40,599 nucleotides of DNA from Nemertoderma westbladi (taxonomy: Eukaryota > Animalia > Xenacoelomorpha). The position numbers were made by a program, and so were the translations under genes. Location of the stretch: positions 1 through 40,599 of the forward strand of contig JAUCBJ010001366.1 of the NCBI GenBank assembly GCA_032718475.1, read 5' to 3'. Positions within the stretch are counted from its first letter, which is position 1, and the number at the start of each line of letters is the position of its first letter. Under the pieces are notes generated by a model that ran no database searches, was not told the DNA's origin, and saw only the letters and a program-made list of their open reading frames with translations. This document shows, piece by piece, positions 34,281 through 40,599 of the stretch.

Positions 34281-34700
34281 CCTGGTATGCTGTACTACAG
34301 TCTGACAGTACCGGTACTACTGTACTACCCAAGGACAGCTCTACTACAGGACCTGAGGACTGGCAAGTGGCAAGCCTATTTCCCCGATACCGCTACAGCG
34401 CTAGCGGGGGCCATTCTGCCATTGTACAGTTTGTTGTTGAATGTCTGTATGTGTACTGCAGTACTGGCTGACTGGCCTATTGTTGATATGAATATGTAGG
34501 CCGCTGTCAGGCTGTAGTGTAGTGCTGTAGTGTAGGACTACAACCAGACAACTCAGCAACTGCCATAATGCAGAACTAGACCGGTACTGTACTGCTGTAC
34601 TTGCAGACTTGTAGTAAATTTCCCACTCCAAATTATTAGTTTTTATGGATTAATTAATAATATTTGAGATTCTTATTTTCTTCCTTAACTGCTATACCGG

Positions 34701-35359
34701 TGTCACAGGCGAAAATGTCCCCCCGCGCGGAATGCCCTGCCCAGGGGGGCATATTCGCCTAGCGCCAAATGTCCCCCCCCCCGGGTCACATACTGACATA
34801 GGCCTAGCGCCATATGGCCCCCTACCGCGCAGAATGCCCCCCCCCCCCCCCCGGTGATTTTATGGTTTGAAATAAGGGATTCAATTGTAATTTCATTACA
34901 CATTACATTAGGCCTATTTATTAGGCCTATTATTTATAAGTATACCAGAATACCATAAACAATATACAATATGATACATAACAATGTACATAGTGGGTGG
35001 TATTAATGAATTCTTAAAAAGCTTAACTTCTGCCACGAACTCACGTCCCTGATCTGACATCACGATCTCCGCCACCCCATAGCGAGTCAACAATTCGTAC
35101 AGAAATTCCGCAACGCGAGTCTTTTCCAGGAAGAGCCTTGGCTTCGGGCCATTGCACTGGGGGCACATGCTGCACTGTGTCAGCTCATGATTTAGTATCT
35201 TAATTCTGAATCTTATCTTAATTCTTTGCAGTTGGGGTGGGGCATTTGGCGCGGAAGGGGGTCATTACGCGCTCGGCGAGTATACCCGGGGGTAATTACG
35301 CGCTAGGCGATTACGCCCAGGGGGGCGTATTCTACAGGGGGGCAATTTCGACTGGGACA
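34701..35359 (-). mobile_element. Non-autonomous Ginger-like DNA transposon (TGT...ACA ends, CCGG target duplication, integrase fragment)
   Basis: ccgg|TGTCACAGGCGAAAATG... and ...CAATTTCGACTGGGACA|ccgg; imperfect GC-rich TIRs over 60 bp; internal minus-strand peptide VAEFLYELLTRYGVAEIVMSDQGREFV resembles the Gypsy-type integrase core. Confidence 0.7.
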
Positions 35360-35375
35360 CCGGTACTGTAATAAT

Positions 35376-36362
35376 GACGAAGACAGGAAGAAGTGTTGTG
35401 TCTTTGGGTGTGGCGGCAATTATAAAGGAAATCCGGTTCGCACTGTGAAGTTGCCTCCGTCCGCAACTGAGCGCGATAAGTGGATTTCGGCGTTATACCT
35501 AAGCGAGTTATCTGCATTCAGCATTGGCTGAATTTTCCCGTTGCCGTTCCACATAAAAAAGTTCCAGGTGGATCGTTGCGGCCAACCATTCCCCTGTTCC
35601 ACTTCCCAGGCATTCCTGTCTCCTGTATCCCAACTCCTCCCATCCCTGTACACAAAACTCCTCCCATTGAAGAGCGACAGTTGGCCCTACTGAATCAGAT
35701 CGATTCAATTTCCGGTTTTCCAGAATTATCCGAGAAACTGGATCGAAAATTAACCGAGATACCCACATATGGAACTGATATGGAGATCTTCGTAAAGAGA
35801 AGGATTAGCCACATTCTCATCTTTGTGTTCCATATGGATAAGTATATGGGCAAGAGAGGTCTTCCTTAAACAACAGTTCCTTTCCGATATGTGTCTGCGC
35901 TGAGACCCATTGCTATTGTTCAACGCCTTTCTGATATAGACTCTAAGGCCACGGACTGTGAACGCTGGGCTGCCGCATACGTAGCGGGATATCTGTTACG
36001 TGTTGTACCAGAACTTGAAAACTCAGAATATGTAGTGCAAGCGGACAGTACTTTTATTCGAAATCTGTCACGTGGTGGTACAACTGCCCTGCCAAGAGTT
36101 GGTGTGGTGGACATTGGCTTCAGCAGCCTTTGTTGATCTTGTGCCCCATGGCACAATTCGCTGTCATAAGCAACTTGTTGTAATCATCGATCTAATTGCC
36201 AGCTACTATGATATTTTCCCAAGACCGCCTATAGCCGCGTGTCGTGTTCTAGCTAACACGATTATAAACGGCCTGCAGAAGAGAACCCCGGATTCACATC
36301 AAACTGAGAACAGACGCCATACTGGGGCTCATACCAAACTGGCTCGAATTACGGGAACATAA
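35376..36362 (+). pseudogene. Decayed THAP-domain / P-element-like transposase remnant
   Basis: KKCCVFGCGGNY...KLPPSATERDKWISA (Cys codons from 35394), frameshift, then KRVICIQHW...PTIPLF form a THAP C2CH zinc finger; downstream AAYVAGYLLR and LSRGG/QLPC resemble the P-element/THAP9 C-terminal motifs; multiple frameshifts; catalytic core apparently deleted. Confidence 0.6.
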
Positions 36363-37517
36363 CATTTCTAGGACTATTTTATAGTAGGATAATTTCTGTA
36401 CCTTTAGAGACTGTTATATTTCCATTTTTATCACATTTATAATGGTCCCACATATTACTTTTAAAATAAATATGTGAATTATACAATAACAAAGAAATAT
36501 ACAATAACTTGTAGCCATAATGCGATACGAAAGTAAAAAAGTGAGCTTTTTATACGTTGATTTACTCGGTTACCATAGCAACAAACTGTTATTTTGGTTG
36601 TCAATAATTCATTGCTGATAGAGCTTGTTTTAGGCTGCCATAGGGGTAATTTTTCAGTTTGTGTCATAATTATTAACGTAATATTATAATTTGAAATTAA
36701 ACAATGTATCTTCATAAGTGATACACAAATTGGTGCTTCACCTATTAAAATTAAAATTCAAGGTCTTTAAATAAAAAATGGATAAGAATAAATAATCTAT
36801 TCGTTTTCACTGTAAAATTTTACTCCAGATAGACCCTGAACCGCGGTGTAATGGTCATATATCGACTGTTTATTAAGTATAACGCAATGGCGGGTGCACC
36901 ACCTCAGATAGAATAGAATCGGGTCGTACACCCAGAAGTCGCGGCACAACCGGGGGTATAACACTCCCTACCTATAGAGTGGTTAGCCAATAGGAGGCCG
37001 TTATAGCGGCGAATGGAAGGCAAGAGCAGGCCTAAATGCGGCAAGAAATCAACAGCTAGGTGGAATAAATAGAATAAATTGGCAAGATAAAAATTACTGC
37101 AACCCTACAATAGAGACCAAGTACAAGAACAATGGATTAATAGCCAAAGAGAAGAACAAAGACAGACAGCAACAGTTAGGAGTAGTACCCCAATTCCAAA
37201 GCGACCAGAGATAAATCAATATATGGAAAAACAAATAAAGGAATAGTCCGAACATCCAACTTACACGTTCGTGGGGCCTTCGCGCAGCACGAGGCCCAGT
37301 TATGAGATACAAATTAAAACTGAGCGACTGTATCACAAAATCAGTATTTGAGAAATTTACCCACACCACCAATCAATTAAAGAAAGGGGTACAGTACGTG
37401 TTCAGCCCTTTTAATCTGCACCCCCCCCCCCTTCCCACCCACCAATACATAACCGCGACATCTACCACCCACGGAAGGGTAGCACGAACTTATTTCCAAT
37501 CGCACGTTCAATTTGCA

Positions 37518-37944
37518 AAGCCAGGTGGTTTATAGGAATATAATAAACGCAGTACTCGTTTTCATTATAAGCCTCGTTGCGTTCGTCCTGTTTTGAATTT
37601 AAATATATTTCTTAAACGCAGGGTAGGACGATCTTTATAATAATAATAACTAGGGATGCGATCAATGTGTGAAGCCAGGGTTTATATAATAATATAGTCA
37701 ACGCAGTACTCGTCTTCTTTATAGGCCTCGTTGTGCTCGTCCTGTTTTGTATTTAAATATATTCTCTAAACGCAGACTGACGATCTTTATAACTACCAAT
37801 GCGTTCAATAGGCGCAGCCAGGTATGGTTTATAGGAATATAGTCTACGCAGTACTCGTCCATATTATATGCCTCGTTGCGCTCGTCGCTCGTCCTGTGTT
37901 GTCATATAATATTTTTCCTAAACGCAGACTGACGACCTTTATAC
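37518..37944. repeat. Three diverged tandem copies of a ~145-155 bp unit
   Basis: Recurring agccagg...tttata...acgcagtactcgt...gcctcgttg...cgtcctgt...taaacgcag...gacgatctttata. Confidence 0.85.
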
Positions 37945-38930
37945 AGTTATAACTATGCGAAGTTTCGAAACTGTGCGAGTAACTGCTGATACATCTATGT
38001 GGATATGTGTGATATGTGGAGATGTGTGATACAACGCCAACGCATCGTATGCCGATGTAGTAATATGGGTAAGGAAATAATATTAAATCAATGTACACTC
38101 TTAAAGCTGCAGCGAAAAAATGTAGCTAATTTCGTAGGTTACATATAAAATAATAAAATTATTTTTAAGAACATTAATTTTACTACTTTACAAAAATTCA
38201 ATTAAAAAATAACCAGACAAATACATTGTGGAATAAACTATTTCATATAATATAAGGCTACACAACAGCCATGCCATGGATTCTATTTATGTATTATATC
38301 TGTCATTTACCTGAGAGCAACACAACATTTATAGTAGAGTCAATAGTGGATTTAGAGAATGCTGTCTGGGCTGGAATAGCAATACTGGTTGCCCCTATTA
38401 CAGTTCCTCTCTTGTTAGTCTACAACTACAACTCCCAGCCAGCTAGCTCTACACCAGCAGAGACTTGACCGAATCATTCCCAGCAACTGGCTCCCTTACA
38501 CACACATCCTTCCATCTATGTACCAGCATGTTGGCCAATAAATGAGCAGTATTTAATGAGAATCAATTTTTTATGCCGTCTTAATTACTTTAGATCAATT
38601 AAAGACACATTTATTAAAGCAAATCACTTGAACTAATTAAAAACTATAATAGAATGGTGTATGTGGATTACATCTGTATAATTTTTAAGTATAATTATTT
38701 AAATCTTATACTGTAAAACAATTAATTTCCTTTAAAAGGCAGGTTGAAAATGGTGTTTTCACCGTAATCAACTTAATTAACTGCTATTATCTTAGCTTCT
38801 CGAAGGCCACACGGAAATTCTACTTGGAAATTTTCTAAACTTTTGCCAAACAACATGTGTACCAAGTTTGGATAGATTTCATCAAAGATTGGCCGAGTTA
38901 TTAACGTTTAAAATTGAACACGACAGAACG

Positions 38931-39046
38931 ACAGGTTGATTAATGGTACCACTACGCTAAGGCTCACTCACTTCGTGGCTCGCCCCACAGGTTGATTAAT
39001 GGTACCACTACGCTAAGGCTCACTCACTTCGTGGCTCGCCCCACAG
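38931..39046. repeat. Exact 56-bp tandem duplication (two copies plus acag)
   Basis: 38931-38986 is identical to 38987-39042; unrelated in sequence to the 56-bp MFS unit. Confidence 0.95.
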
Positions 39047-39049
39047 TCA

Positions 39050-39600
39050 AGGTGTTACTTACATCCGGAACGGATAATCATTCATTGAAGGAATGTGTAA
39101 CCTGGAAAGGATTAACGCAAGACGACCAATGGAATTATATTAGGCTGAATGGACAGTTTGTATTTACCACAAGGGCATATAGCCAAAGGATGTAGAGAGA
39201 GACGAAATTATAGAAGTAGGAGTGCAGACTATTTATGACAACAGCAGACAAGACTGCATATTTGTCAGTAATGGTAGTGAGAGAGGGAGACCATGAGAAA
39301 GAAACTATGATGGACAGAACAATTATTCCAATGACAGACGGAATAATTACTCAGACAATAGAAGCGAACGAGGAAATAATTACAATGATAGGAGTAATTT
39401 CGACAGTAGAAGAAATAATACGGATAGTAGGAATTTATCTAATCACGACAACCATAAAAACAACAGAAGAGAAAATATTGAGGGATACAGAGTACGACAG
39501 CCGGAAAATAATAAATAGGAGAATAAACCAGATAACTAACCGAAATACAAACCACAAGAAGAGTCAAAAACGGTAACGAGAGTGGGGACATGTATGTTGG
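39050..39600 (+). mobile_element. Possible decayed LTR-retrotransposon gag fragment (BEL/Pao-like zinc knuckles plus N/R/D-rich tract)
   Basis: HSLKECVTWKGLTQDDQWNYIRLNG, then QGHIAKGCRERR in another frame, followed by a purine-rich stretch reading RNYDGQNNYSNDRRNNYSDNR with stops. Confidence 0.35.
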
Positions 39601-40599
39601 TAACAAAGAGACGCGTATACTTAAAAATAGTACCAGTATTAATTGGTGACATCACAAAGCAGTAGGAGAGGTGTTACTACATACGCACTACCGTCATCCA
39701 CATTGTGCTGAAGTAGAAGGAATGAAAATTTGACTTCTAATCTCGATAATAATGAATTCAACGAACCAAAAAAGCATAGTATGGTTTAATGGTTGGTTAT
39801 ACCAAAGTATTTGAAGGGTGATGTATTTTCTGTGTAATTTTACCAATACTGAAAGGTGTTGATATGGCATGTGTGCCAGGAACTCCACATCTCGAAAACT
39901 ACTGTCGGAGCTATTAAATTTTTATTTGACTCATCTGAAACAGGACATAACTTTAGTTAGTGCCAAGAACTTTCGACGCCCTAGACCTATTGTTTCAGTG
40001 ATTTTAACTAAGATAAATAACTTGCCCACTAAATTTAAGGGCTTTGCAGCAGCAGCTTGGCGGGTCGTATCTATAGTACTGTAGGTCATGTGACAAGGTT
40101 GCCCAATTTAACAACTGAGTTGAGGATGGTTGATCATGAAAATCCGTCAGTAAAATTCGTTTCTTGTTTTGGTTACCTACAGCACTGCTGTAACCTTATT
40201 TTTAATGAAAATCTAGTATTTGAGACCTTTGCACCATTGGATTAAGGGGTGAAGTGAAATATATCAACATAAAGTATAACATACCTCACATTGATACATT
40301 ACATACATCTTATTAAAAAATTTCAATTAAAGTACTAATTAATTCAGATTGCATAATGGATGGAATTTAATAAGATTTAGGCAGTTGTAAGAGCGTAAGG
40401 CTGAAGACTCACGTAATAATGATATTTAATTCATTTTAGTTTAAACAGCCAAAAGATTATCTTTATCCTGATTAAAGTGATGCGGCACGGAATATTCCAA
40501 ATGTATGGCATACATCAACAGGTCTAATGTCGATTAAGTGAGGGCATCCAGGGGTGTCATCCTTCAGGTTTTGTAAAAGCTTTTGTGGGATAACTGATT

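Noticed and set aside
36840-36930. tRNA-like start (gcggtgtaatggtca)
   Set aside because: Only an A-box-like motif; no acceptor stem, anticodon arm or TTCGA T-loop could be folded.
38271-38468. 65-aa ORF with a hydrophobic stretch
   Set aside because: No recognisable homology or supporting splice structure.
38800-38990. Helentron-associated (DINE-like) element
   Set aside because: Motifs such as catgtgtaccaagtttgg are reminiscent, but subterminal inverted repeats and a terminal hairpin could not be established by eye.
39235-39576. 113-aa Ile/Thr-rich ORF
   Set aside because: Likely an alternate-frame reading of a purine-rich low-complexity tract in a decayed retroelement.

Overview
AT-rich eukaryotic (most likely invertebrate animal) genomic DNA with spliceosomal introns; no prokaryotic features and no CRISPR array. 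Three protein-coding genes are well supported: an intronless SV2/SVOP-like MFS transporter (4177-5799, +), a five-coding-exon cathepsin L (31978-21970, -; I spliced it by hand to 999 nt = 332 aa with intact Cys/His/Asn) and an intronless ceramide transfer protein CERT (34280-32319, -). About 22 kb (roughly 54% of the window) consists of four unrelated minisatellite arrays (19, 56, 47 and 50 bp units). Three of these are demonstrably amplified copies of a gene boundary: the last codons plus stop of the MFS gene (~243 copies), and exon end plus 5' splice site of cathepsin L exon 3 (~130 copies) and exon 2 (18 copies, including the catalytic Cys codon). The fourth ends exactly at a candidate 3' splice site. 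The rest contains decayed mobile elements: an RTE-like LINE 3' fragment, a Ginger-like TIR element carrying an integrase fragment, a THAP/P-element-like remnant, MITE-like inverted repeats and a possible BEL/Pao gag remnant. The 1700-2100 aa + strand ORFs at 23.9-30.3 kb are translations of the repeat. All calls were made by eye, without database searches.
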